DNA of 63,941 nucleotides, filler included, from Bonamia ostreae (GCA_040357525.1; 6 parts of 6 records of this genome joined end to end with filler, not necessarily neighbours in it), one strand, 5' to 3'. Counted from the whole stretch's first letter, positions 1-11,185 are shown. Program-made: numbers and translations. The notes: generated by a model not told the origin, from the letters alone.

Positions 1-308
1 CTTTAAACCATTTTATAAAATCTAAATTTTTAATTTCAGAAGAAGGACAATTGCTTCAATGGGGACAATTTTTAGTCTGGCCAACAAAATCAGACTACGG
101 CCTTCCCCCTCTAAAAGACGTCGCCCTCGGCGCAAAACATTATTTGGCACTCGCAAAAGACGGGCGACTGTTTTGCTGGGGCTCAAAAGGCAAAATCACG
201 CCAAAAGAAAACAGAAACGGCCCCGCAGAACTCGAAGAATTTAAAGGAAAAAGAGTGCTCAAAATTTTTTCTGGAGAAGATCGTGTCGCAGTTTTGGCCG
301 AAAATTAA
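1..308 (+). CDS. RCC1-repeat protein, C-terminal part (5' truncated)
   Basis: VALGAKHYLALAKDGRLFCWG and IFSGEDRVAVLAE match RCC1 repeat consensus. Confidence 0.75.
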   Translation, partial: LNHFIKSKFLISEEGQLLQWGQFLVWPTKSDYGLPPLKDVALGAKHYLALAKDGRLFCWGSKGKITPKENRNGPAELEEFKGKRVLKIFSGEDRVAVLAEN

Positions 309-337
309 AATTTTGAAAGAGTCTTATCTATTTAACC

Positions 338-1845
338 TTAAAATTTGGTGAAGGCGTTGGACAGTGGAGCGACTGTTTCTGAAATCGAGGAACGCAGTTT
401 ACGCAAATTTGCTTCGATGTCCATCAAACTTTGCTCTTCCGATGATTCCTCGCCGACGGGGAATATCAAAAATCGATCTATTGGGTCTATCCGAGCTTTC
501 AAATAGCCGTTCTTTATTCCTTTTATTGCCATTATTTCTACGTCGTTGTCATTCATAATCTACGCCATTTTTAAAATTTTTGAAATCAAAATGCAAAATT
601 TTGTCTTTTGTAATTGTCGTTTTAAGTTTTGGAGAATTTTAAAAACCAAAAATTCCTTTTTGACGCTGTCGAAACTTACTCTTCCAGATTCATCGGCGCG
701 TTTGGACATATCGCCGAGTGACATCAATCTAAACTTTTTGAGGCATCCATCTCCATTCGCTTTACAAAAAAGATTGTTTTAAGTTGAACCGTTCAAATCG
801 GTGAAAAAAGTTTTGTTTTCCATTTTGAACGAGAAAAGCGCATTGTAGTCGCCACTTGAAATTATCGACAGGAAATCGGACATTTTTGCTAATTTTTCTT
901 TTACGGGTAAAGATGTCATGTTTTCAGCCGCCGTCTCGACCAATTTGAACAAAGTCAGGTCAGCGCTTTTTCCGCAACGAATCCAATCGCTTACGGCTTA
1001 CAATAACTTTTTAAAACCATTTTTCGCTACGACATATAAATTCGAGTAAAACACGTTAGCCATATTTCCGGTCATTTCGCTTTCGTCATTTTTAAAATAA
1101 TCGCTGGCCAGTTTTAGGTATTTTTTGTGAAATTTGTCTTGATAGTGGTCGAATTGGTTTTTTCGGGTCATCTGATGACTGATGCAGGAAGCGTAATAAA
1201 GAGCGGATTGTGCTTCAAAAAACTGATTTGTGTCAAAATCTGTGTTTAGCAAATCAGATAAAGACTGTTTGACCAAATCTCCTCTTTTCGTTTCACAGCA
1301 AATTCGCAATGGGAAATATATTATTTTTATCTGAGTTTCTTTGTCGTTTTTATTAAGACATAGTACTTTTCCAAAGCTTTGGATTATAAATTAAATATAG
1401 AAAGTTGTGATAGTTTTTGATTTTTAACGAAGACCAAGATATTTTAATGAATGGTTCTATAAAGACATTAACGATTTATTAAGTGGTAATATGTAGTAAT
1501 GGTGGAAACAAAATTAAACTTTAAGACTTTGTTTTCGACATTTGAGTTTGATAGATAAACAACTCTTAAGACTTGCAACAACAGGTTTGATCGCTCATCG
1601 TAACTGTCAATATCTTCGACCAACAAGAGAAGCATATCGATCAAATCGTCCGAATCTAAAAAGTCGCTCGGCAGCAGAGCAATCTTTTCGGCCAAAAACT
1701 TTAGCAACAAGTCCAATTTTTCGTAAATAGTGTTTTTTGATTCAAGTTTCAAATCGTTCGGCACCGCAGCAGACAACTTGTTCAAGACGTAAGTCAAAAC
1801 GTCTTTATGTGTTGTTTTAGGAGCTTTAAGATAAATCAGCGACAT
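338..1845 (-). CDS. PCI-domain protein, eIF3 subunit M-like (multi-exon)
   Basis: Spliced across GT-AG introns gives ...CLKKFRLMSLGDMSKRADESGRVSFDSVKKEFL-IMNDNDVEIMAIKGIKNGYLKARIDP, a PCI winged-helix signature; size and C-terminus fit eIF3m. Confidence 0.6.
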
Positions 1846-1956
1846 TTTAAATTTTAGGAATTCAAAATTATTATATGGAGATTGACTAGAAAAATTTTGT
1901 TGATTATTAGTCGAAAGATTTAACCCTTTCAGATTTTGATTTTTGTTGACGAGGCG

Positions 1957-2019
1957 AACATAGCAACACAGCAAAAACAATTTAATAACATAGCAACACA
2001 GCAAAAACAATTTAATAAC
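1957..2019. repeat. Perfect 30-nt tandem duplication
   Basis: aacatagcaacacagcaaaaacaatttaat x2, overlapping the PNO1 stop codon. Confidence 0.9.
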
Positions 2020-2697
2020 GACACTTGTTTCTGGCCGCCACCATTTGCATCTGCGAATAAACTTTTCCCGGTTGAGAGCCCACAATAAGGCGCACAATAG
2101 TCGCTTTCGCAACTCGGATATTCTTGAAGGAACCAAGAAGATGTATGTGTTGATCAGCTACCACAATCCTCGTTTGTGTAGCATTTTCTCTGATTTATAA
2201 CAAAACCGAAACATTGTAAATTTTGTTTTGCCCTTTTTCCCGACGATTCGTCCAATGGCTCTGGAAAGATGTCCTCGCGGCAGTTTTCGCACTATAATAA
2301 AATGTTTTTAAACCGTCTGTTACCATAAAACTGTCGATAAAAATGTCGTCTACTCTTAGAATTGCAAGTGCGTCTTTTACCTCAAATCCAGATAAAAACG
2401 CTTTCAAGAATTCGTACGCTTTTTGTAAGGCCGTCTCGATTTCTGTGTCCGGCGATTTCTTTTGTTTTAAGTTTTCTATAAAACTCTGATTTCTATTTGT
2501 CCTTTGGCTAAGTTCATCCTTATTTGTAATTTCAGCTGGTTAATTATTGGGTCACATATGTCTTTCCAGTTTTTTTTAAGAATGCTTTTTCTGTTTGACG
2601 GCACTCTAACAAATCGAAAGTCCGATTTTGTGTCATCAGACTTTCTCTTCTTAATCGGTTTAATTTTTGGCCTCTGTTCTTCGAGTTCAACTGACAT
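2012..2697 (-). CDS. PNO1: Pre-rRNA processing KH-domain protein PNO1/Dim2
   Basis: After removing 26, 22 and 23-nt GT-AG introns: AFLSGFEVKDALAILRVDD...HLSRAIGRIVGKKGKTKFTIENATQTRIVVADQHIHLLGSF...PGKVYSQM. Confidence 0.95.
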
Positions 2698-2779
2698 TAA
2701 TAGCAGAAACTACTATATCCGATTTGTCGTAAATTGAAAACACATCAAGCTTAATTTTTTAGATAAAATAACAATTTTG

Positions 2780-3041
2780 ATGGCTGAAAAAACCCCGTTT
2801 ATAACTACATTGTTTTTTCGAATAAAAAATAGTCCCGAAGAAGAGTTGGTAAAAATTATAACAAAAAAATCATTTGACCATTGCATCAAGCATTATAGAT
2901 ACAGTGGACTAACTGAGAAGGTAATTTCAATCAATTCAAAAGGAGAAGTTGTGCGTAGAAAATTTTGCTAACAAAAGCTTAAACTCGTTTAAAAGAATAA
3001 ACGATCGCATCGTTGAACAAGAAAAAATAACGAACAATTAA
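2780..3041 (+). CDS. Small Tim (Tim9/Tim10 family) intermembrane-space chaperone with incomplete twin CX3C
   Basis: Removing the 22-nt intron 2921-2942 gives KKSFDHCIKHYRYSGLTEKEKLCVENFANKSLNSFKRINDRIVEQ, aligning to the Tim9 pattern CFxDC-x-F....LxxxExxCxxxCxxKF....RV..RF.EQ. Confidence 0.7.
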
Positions 3042-3381
3042 ATTAATTTTGAAATCTTATCTTTGATAAATTTTCGAAAATCTTATAATTAATAAGAGAA
3101 TCATATCCTTCAGTTTTACATTAATTATGCTGTGTCAAATTACTTTTCTTGGTAAATGTTGCTAACTCAATTTCGCGACGCGAGGTCTTGTAAATGAAAA
3201 GAATTTATAACTGTTGTGCATACTCAGCCATTCACGCCAAGACAGATGATGTTCTCTTTCCCAAAAATGTTGCAAAAAAGAGGATGGATTCTCAAGAACT
3301 CAATAATAAAAAATTCGTCCAATAGTTTCATCTCTGACAATTTTTAATATATATAATAATAAAAAATTTGCATTCTACATA

Positions 3382-3454
3382 TCCGATGTAGTGTAGTGGT
3401 TTATCACTCTCGTCTGTCACGCGGGGAACCCGGGTTCGATTCCCGGCATTGGAG
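3382..3454 (+). tRNA. tRNA-Asp(GTC)
   Basis: Acceptor stem tccgatg/cattgga, anticodon loop ctGTCac, T-arm ggttcgattcc, followed by a T-run Pol III terminator. Confidence 0.95.
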
Positions 3455-3527
3455 TTTTTATTTTATTCGAGAAAACTAAAACTCCATTTTTAAAATTATA
3501 TTAAAAAAAACTAATACGTAAAGCCAA

Positions 3528-4739
3528 ATGACCAAAAAAGATGTACATGAATTATTACAACAAATTCCACATTTGAATACTGACATTAAAATTTATTTTA
3601 GTTCGTTTTATCAAGCTTGTGATTCTCTCGTTAAGTTCTTAAGACAACTTTTCCCTTCCATCGAAGACAGTTATCTACCATCAAAAAAAATTAGCTCTCT
3701 GATTAAACCTCTTTTCATATTGGTACCAACCAAGTCTCCTTTTTTTAAGGGGATCAACGATAAAACTTTCAATTGTTTTTACGGGGCTGGCATCTATGGC
3801 TTCAACTGCAAAGACCCCAGAGGTGTAATCAAAGCGTTGACGTTTTTTGCGAACGGCGAAGACACTGTTACGCCTTTCATTCACGTCGTCAAAGTTAAAA
3901 ACGCTGAAGCCGTTTTCAGAAATTGGAAAAAACAAGAAAAAGATGAGTTTGTAGAAGCGTCAAAGCCTGTTTATACCAGCGATTTCGGAGTGGCCGGCAA
4001 AGAACGCGTCTTCAGTTTCGACAGAGAACTAACTTTGCTACACCCCACTATTCCCGAGACAGCCGCTTTGCTCGCAAACATCAAGTCTTGCACCCAAAAA
4101 CTGCCTTTAGATTTGCGAAACCACTCCGATCTTCTCTCCAAACACGAAAAAATAGAAAAAACTATCAACGAAATGGCGACTGCTGAAGCAGAGATGAGTA
4201 ATTTGGAGAACGGCGTCAAAGTCATGTTTGGAAACATCAGCGAAAAACTTTTTTTCGACCCAGAGATGACAGACCAAGACATCCTGGATATCTGTGATAT
4301 CGCTATTGACATGATCGGGTCTCAATGGCGCAAGTTTGGCAAAACGTTAAAATTGGCAAAAGAGGATTTGGAAGAATACGTTAAAAAAAGAGCGTCAAGA
4401 AATGCGAAAAGAACCGAATTGACGCGAATTATTGAACAGATAAAAATAATCTTGCGGAATAAAATCGGTGATGCTTTTGAACGAATGTATGAACACGGGG
4501 CAATAGATGAAAACGTTCAAAGTTATCTGGAAATTCTGGACAAATTGGATCTGTCTAATCGGTTTGGCATTCAAAACAAGACAAAAGTTGAAGCGAAATG
4601 CGAAGTTGTAGCTACTTTTGAGTTTTTGCCTTGTCACGAAGCAAGTCATCATGTATACAGTCGATATGTGGGAGTACATAAAGAGCTATCAGAAGATCTG
4701 AAGCTCGGAAACGAGGAGGAAATTGATTCTGATGATTAA
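3528..4739 (+). CDS. Intronless 403-aa hypothetical protein with a death-domain-like segment
   Basis: Long uninterrupted ORF; ICDIAIDMIGSQWRKFGKTLKLAKEDLEEY resembles death-domain helices 1-3. Confidence 0.6.
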   Translation: MTKKDVHELLQQIPHLNTDIKIYFSSFYQACDSLVKFLRQLFPSIEDSYLPSKKISSLIKPLFILVPTKSPFFKGINDKTFNCFYGAGIYGFNCKDPRGVIKALTFFANGEDTVTPFIHVVKVKNAEAVFRNWKKQEKDEFVEASKPVYTSDFGVAGKERVFSFDRELTLLHPTIPETAALLANIKSCTQKLPLDLRNHSDLLSKHEKIEKTINEMATAEAEMSNLENGVKVMFGNISEKLFFDPEMTDQDILDICDIAIDMIGSQWRKFGKTLKLAKEDLEEYVKKRASRNAKRTELTRIIEQIKIILRNKIGDAFERMYEHGAIDENVQSYLEILDKLDLSNRFGIQNKTKVEAKCEVVATFEFLPCHEASHHVYSRYVGVHKELSEDLKLGNEEEIDSDD

Positions 4740-4854
4740 ATATTTTATCATAAAAGTTGAAGAGATAGCAACTACTTCGTTATAAATGAAAACTTTATTA
4801 AAACGCTTTAAAAATAAAACAGTCGCATTAAAATTGCACGGAAAAAGTTTAAGC

Positions 4855-6501
4855 ATGGCAAGCAAATGTCTCGTCCTCTTTTCGATATTTTCCACCATTT
4901 TAATAACTTTAATTTTGATCCCTTCTTCAGCAATTTCTAGCGCAAGTTATTCTGAAGCCGAAAAGGAAAATTGTATTGGTAACGGCGAAGACTATTTTGG
5001 AGAAATAAAAATAACGGAAACGGGCAAATATTGTAAAACTTGGCCGCGATTTTGGTCAACTGTTTATCCGTTGGCTGATCTGAAAAATGACTTTTGTAGA
5101 AACCCGAATAAAGATTTGACTGGACCATGGTGCTTCACTGAATTGAATGAAGAGGGTAAAGAATACTGTGAAATAAATTGTGAAGATGGATTTGTTAAAA
5201 TCAAAGACGGAACAAGGTGCAAAGATAGAGATGAAGTACCTCTTCAGACAAATGGATCGGTTTCGGATTGTCAAGAACTTTGTTGGAAAATGGATGATTG
5301 CGATGTGTTTGAATATCATTCGGACACTGAGGATTGCTCGAGATGCCTAACTTCGTCTGATTTGGGTGTTTTTGGGAATGGTTGGAAATTGATGAAGAGA
5401 TATATGAAACCAAGTTTATATATTTTATTCTTATCTTAAAAAATAATTTACTAACTTTTGTTCTCCTAACAGGTAATAAAAATAATAATTTTAAAGGAAA
5501 GTGTGCTTTAACTTCAGACGATTTAAATAACGAAGAAATAAACATAAAAAACTGCAACACAACAGTAAACTGGCTATTCGAATCAGAATGTCTTCTTGAA
5601 TGTAACGAAGGATATATCGGAAATGTCAACGTCAAGTGTGGAGTCGAATCACAATATTTTAGTCTTAGCGTAAATTGTAACAGTTTGAAATTTCTTGTTT
5701 CAACATTTCTGTATTGTTACAAAATTGCCTTATAACTTTTCGTTTAAATACAAAGAACTTTGTTACATTAACACGGAATTAGCAGAGCAAAGATACATAG
5801 ATGTTTCTGATTGTAAAGCAACAAAAGAAAACATGAAAACAGAATGTCTTATACAATGTTTACCAAATACCTACGGAACGGTTACCACCGAATGCATGGA
5901 AGCAAACACACAGTTTGAAATTAAAGGTACATGTATAGAACATAAATGCAATTTAGACATTGGTGATCTTACTAATAGATCTATTGATTATACCGATTGT
6001 CCAGCTACAACAAATAACTTGTTATATAGAAGTGATTGCAACTTGAAATGCATACAAAACTATTTTGGCGATTTAAAAGTCGACTGTTATGGTGAAAATT
6101 TTGAAATCACAGGAAATTGTTCACAAAAAAGATGCTATTTGAAAACATATGCTGTTTCCGAAGACTATGTAGATATCAGAAACTGCCCCTTTAATAGTTT
6201 ATTGTTACAAGATGAATGTTTATTGAAATGTACACAGTATTCAAGCGGAGAGATATCGGTTGAATGCTTGTCAAACGGTGATAACTTTGAAATAAAAAAC
6301 ATGTGCATTCCATTTAGATGCAATTTGACCGATGAAATAGCACAAAATTTAAAAATTAACAATTTTTTGTGTAAAACATTAAAATTTGTTGAAGAATGTG
6401 ATTTGAAATGTCTAGATGGATATTCTGGGCAAGTTTTTCCTAAAATTTGTCCCGAAGATGGAGGGGTGTTTGATATTATAGGGAGCTGTTACATTAATTA
6501 A
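4855..6501 (+). CDS. Secreted kringle + PAN/apple-like + Cys-rich (sushi-like) repeat protein
   Basis: Signal peptide MASKCLVLFSIFSTILITLIL; kringle CIGNGEDYFG..TETGKYCKTW..NDFCRNPNKDLTGPWCF; DCQELCWKMDDCDVFEY; about five ~60-aa repeats ECxLxC..GYxG.V...C....FEI.G.C; two introns. Confidence 0.85.
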
Positions 6502-6613
6502 ATTTTCGGTTATTTTTCCAATTCGTAACAATTTTTATTAATTTTTGGTAACGGTTTTAAAAAAATTATATCTTTCGATTAATTTACGGCTAGTAATAAT
6601 TAAACCGTTCGGA

Positions 6614-7603
6614 ATGAAGGCAATTTTTTTGATTTTAAATATTTTTGTCGCAAATTCAGCTCCACCAAAATATTATAAAATTTATTCTGACATAAATGAT
6701 ACCATATTTGCTCGGAGCAACAAAGGTATTACCAGATTTTTTTCTAGGGGAGATGTTTCTTTGTCTGCTGGAAAAAGATATGCAGGTTATATTTTTTTGC
6801 GTTTAGCTAAATAATATAAGCAAACATAAATAGTGTTCAATAAAATTTCTGTAATTTTAGACTAAAATATCTAAGGATTTGAAGCATTCGCTTATTACAT
6901 TGGTATATCAGGACATGAAAATGAACCAGAAAGTGTAAATATAAATTTGGTTACATCTTATCCAAATATATCGTTTTTCAGATACGATATTAATAAACTG
7001 GAAAAAAGGGTAAATTTAGAAAATTCTAATCGACTTAAAATTAACAAAATTTTTTATGGGCATTTTCTTTTTTATCCAAGTCACAAGGTTATGGGATATT
7101 ATAAATACAAGCAAATTAAGAGCGATTTATTGAATAAAAAAGGAATTGAAGTTTCAATTAAAACAAATTAACATTTCCTTTTTAATTATTATTAAAAAAA
7201 GGAATATTTTTTAATTATTATTAAAAAAAGGAATATTTAATTAATATTTCCTGTCATTTACAAAAAAAAGGAATATTGGCCAAATGAAAATGTCGGTGAT
7301 AACTATTCTGGAATTTTCATTGGTGACAACATAGATGGGGACACAGTAACAGGAATAAAACTGTTGATGGACGGATTAGTCGATTTTGTATTCATTCACG
7401 CTGTTGTTGTTGATCAACCACTTAATTTTCCTCATCCACAAATCTTTTATTTTAGAGATTATAAAGAAGCAGCTGATCTTGCTTTTGATCACAATTTGAT
7501 AAATTTGAACACCCATTCAAAAATTTATGAGGAGTATGACAAGGAATATGCAGATTACAACAATATCGAGAAGATTATTAATATGGATGAATCTGAATAT
7601 TAA
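6614..7603 (+). CDS. Secreted hypothetical protein (multi-exon)
   Basis: Signal-like MKAIFLILNIFVANS; consecutive ORF segments separated by GT-AG introns. Confidence 0.5.
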
Positions 7604-8037
7604 ATGAGTTGATAAATTTTTCTAGCATTTTGTATTTTTTGGATAATGCAATACTGTTTTGGTTCAAATCATATCAATCTTACAAGTGTAATATTACAAA
7701 TGTCTTGGATCAGGTGACATATTGGTAGAGTTTCCAGACGTCGATGCTGCCAAAAAAGTATAGGAAGTAATCTAAAAATTTCGACGAGCAACTCCTTTGG
7801 AAAAATGTAGAGGCCTTATGAACGATTTAAAAAAAGAATTGACGAGAAACTACGAAAATCAAATCGAAACTTTCAACTTTGTAAACGAAGAATCCCCAAG
7901 GACAGTCGTTTTTATTGAAGCTCTTAAGTACAGAAGACAAATTCAGGTCCTTTTTGTTTAAAATTGAAAATTTTTTCATATTTAAAATTTTTTGCCATAA
8001 AAGTCAAAAACATCAAATTATTTATTTTTCGCTCTAT

Positions 8038-8985
8038 TTAATAGTTCAATTCTTTTCGACTATTTTCTTCTGCTGTTCTTCTTTTTCTATCAATATTAAG
8101 AATATATCTTGTAAAAATTTGGCCCAATACTTTACCAGACGTTTGATATTCTGATTTAATATTTTTAAGTCTTTCTCCCAATCCGTCTCTATGCTCCTCT
8201 TTAACATTTAAATTTTCAATTATCTTTTCTAATTTCTTGGTTTTCATAAATAAAAAATAAGCCCTTTTCACCTCTTTTTAAAGATAATAAAGTTATATTT
8301 CAGGTCATTTAGAGATACAATATTTGAAATAAAAAGATTAAACGAATGTTGGTACAATTTTGATACAATATTTTATGCAATGTTCGAAAAGATAGAATAT
8401 TTGATACAATTTTGTATGAATTTAAAATGTTAAATTTAATTTTTTTGAATAAAAAGATTATTAAAAACTATCATTTATCTCATCTAATCCAACTAAATTT
8501 ATTCAATTTTAAATAAATAATTTAAGCAAATATTATTTAAATTTGTATTTAAGATAATTAGAAACCTGTGATTTCTTTATCTAATGTAAATAAAAATATT
8601 ATATTTCAAAATATTGTTTTAATAAAAAATAGATTATTTGAAACCGTGTGTTGTTTTATCATGTAAGACTTTAATATTTATGTTTTAATTTCATTTAGAT
8701 TATTTTACTCAAAATAAAATTTGTATTAAGAAACCATTCTTTAGTTGATCGTTCAAAAATTCTTAAAACATTTAGATTTGTTTTCGTTGAATTGCATTTT
8801 TTAAATAAAAATATTTTAAATAATATGGATAACATAATATTAAAAAATAATTATAGCCAAACAGAACCTTTATCCATTGTTAGACAACTTTTACTTCTGT
8901 ATAATTTTATACAAAATAGGACGATGGTGTAAATATAAGTTATAACATATACTGTAATCGTTATTTCTAGTGTTGAAGTCTCCAT
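8038..8985 (-). CDS. Micro-exon gene A (~147 aa, N-terminal hydrophobic segment)
   Basis: Exons 8985-8868, 8761-8735 (27 nt), 8668-8645 (24), 8580-8566 (15), 8492-8469 (24), 8273-8038; all phase-1 GT-AG introns; open frame METSTLEITITVYVITYIYTIVLFCIKLYRSKSCLTMDK-EFLNDQLKN-VLHDKTTH-DKEIT-VGLDEIND-KVKRAYFLFMKTKKLE...ELNY*. Confidence 0.8.
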
Positions 8986-9339
8986 TTTATATTTTATTTA
9001 ACCTTTTAAAATAAAAGCAATACACATCGTTTGATTTTAGTTATTTATTTCAAACTTTAATGAAAACATACAATTTTTATTCACAACATTTTAATTTTTA
9101 AAGGATCTTCTGCAAAGAATTCTTCTCGAATCATCGAAGATAAAGCGGAGAATTTTGATTAAATTTAATATTAATTAAAATATTTGGAATTATATTTTTT
9201 AACTAAAATAATGCCCATGAATTGTCTATAAAAAAACATATGGACACCGAGGTTTTCAGTGTTAATTTAATTTTTTTACACCATTCTTCCCTTGGGCTCT
9301 TATGACGCATTCTTCCCTTCACATCTTTTTATTGTGATT

Positions 9340-9745
9340 TCATGAAATAGAGCGCAGATTCGTTTCAAAATTTGTAGAATTATGTTAATTCTATCCAATT
9401 CGTCTATGGAAGCTGTTTTAAAGTATCTTGTTCAGGATTTTTTTTGTGTCTTTTGCATTCAAAAATGCAGTGTTCTGCGTTACCCTTTGTATTAGATACA
9501 GGGCATAGGAAAGATTTTAGTTTTTTGTGACGATATTTGGTATTGTCAGATGGAAGAGTATCCAAAATGAAATTAGAGATCTTCATTTCGGTTGAGCTAT
9601 TCCATCCAATTTGATACTTAGCAGTTCGACAGAGTAGATATTGAATAAAAGATGCGAGAGCGGCTTCCTTGAGGTATTCCGTTTGTAATAGAAAAGTTTT
9701 GACTCAGTTTTCCGTTGAAATTTATTTTCGCAGTTCTATAAAATC
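9340..9745 (-). mobile_element. Degenerate non-LTR retrotransposon (LINE-like) remnant
   Basis: RT motif AKINFNGKLSQNFSITNGIPQGS-(frameshift)-LSHLLFNIY, followed after an internal deletion by a C-terminal zinc-finger relic CPVS..GNAEHCIFEC. Confidence 0.8.
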
Positions 9746-10165
9746 GTAAAGATTTCTCAAAGATTTCATTTAATAAAACGATTTCAAAAATTTTGTTTTA
9801 TTGTTTAATAATTTTTCAAAGATTTTCCAATTATTTTATAATCAAAATAGGTTTGAATAAAGCGCAAAATTGTTCTTCCTGTAAAAACAGGAAATATTGA
9901 TTGATTTTTCATAAATAGAGTTTCTTCAATGATATTGATTGATTTTTTTTAGGAACGTCCACAATTGCGAAATAATAAAAATCGAACCCGTTCGTGCATA
10001 GGTCCAATCTTGGTGCTGCCTTTTCCAACCTGATGTCAAGACTAGAGAAGTATGTTTATCCTAACTCCAAATCTACGGAACTTAATGTCTGCGTTAAATG
10101 ATGGATTGTCAAGTCGAGGTTGTGAGCTCTTAAATTGCAGATATAAATTAAAAAATAAGGTCAAT

Positions 10166-11185
10166 TTAATAGAGTAATCCTTTTATCAATTCTCTACTTC
10201 TATTTTTGACAATAATATATCTTGTTAATTTTTTAACAAAATTAACACAGCTACTTGTATATTTTGGTAGTTTTTCAGTAATTTTTTTTTCATATTTATC
10301 AAAGGTATATGCTTTGTTATTTTTTATTTGAAATATTTTTTATTGCTATTGTATGCAAAATTTATATTAAATAGTTTTTCTAAGATTTATTTAAATTTAA
10401 ATGAAATAGTTACCATTACTTTGCTTCACATGTTCTTCTAAATTTTTTACTTCCAAAAATAAATGGAAAGCTTTGTGCATTGCTTTTTAATATCAAAAAG
10501 TTACATTTTAAGTCATTTTGTGTAAAATATTTATATTTGTATATCATCTTAAATTAAAAAATATAATTTTATTAAAAAAGATTATTAAAAACCATGTCTT
10601 ATTTCATATTCTGTAACTTGAAAAATTTAAGTTTATATTTCAAATTAAATTGCATTTTTTAATAAGAAAATATTTCAATGTGATTTTATAAAAAAAAAAG
10701 TTAATAGAAACCCTCTCTTCTTTCAAATTTTGAAACTTTAAATAATTAACCTTGTAATTCATTTTCAATTGATTTTTAATAATAATAAAAATTATTTTTT
10801 TAATTTAAATATCAAAAAATGTATTATTAGAAACTGCATTCTTTTCTAAGGATCTTATCTAAAACATTTATGTTTGTTTTTCATTTTAAATTGAATATTT
10901 ACTCAAAATGGATTTAATTTTTCAATTTCACATAAAAAATATATTTTAATAAACCATTTTGTATTAGATTTATCAGAAATTCTTAAATATTTAAATTTAC
11001 ATTTTATAGAATTGTAAATATTTATTAATAAATAGTAAATTATGAAACTTTCTCCAAAAGAATTTACTAATAAAAAATCTATATTTTAATATTTAAAAAC
11101 TTTGTCTGTGAGATATCATGTATAAAATGAGGAAACAACAAATAACGAACAAAACACTTAGCAAAATGAATATAAGATGGTCCAT
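10166..11185 (-). CDS. Micro-exon gene B (~142 aa), paralog of gene A
   Basis: Exons 11185-11101, 11078-11049 (30 nt), 10981-10955 (27), 10858-10835 (24), 10735-10712 (24), 10616-10593 (24), 10482-10414 (69), 10311-10166; all phase-1; MDHLIFILLSVLFVICCFLILYMISHRQ-NFLLVNSFGE-KFLINLIQN-DKILRKEC-ISKFERRE-VTEYEIRH-AMHKAFHLFLEVKNLEEHVKQSN-AYTF...LTRYIIVKNRSRELIKGLLY*. Confidence 0.75.

Noticed and set aside
1846-2136. N-terminal part of ORF 1468-2136 with a repeated VIKLFLLCCY
   Set aside because: Out-of-frame read of the PNO1 3' end plus a 30-nt tandem duplication; the real start is at 1845
7604-7960. Possible small secreted gene
   Set aside because: In-frame TAG and TAA that no clear intron removes; at most a pseudogene fragment
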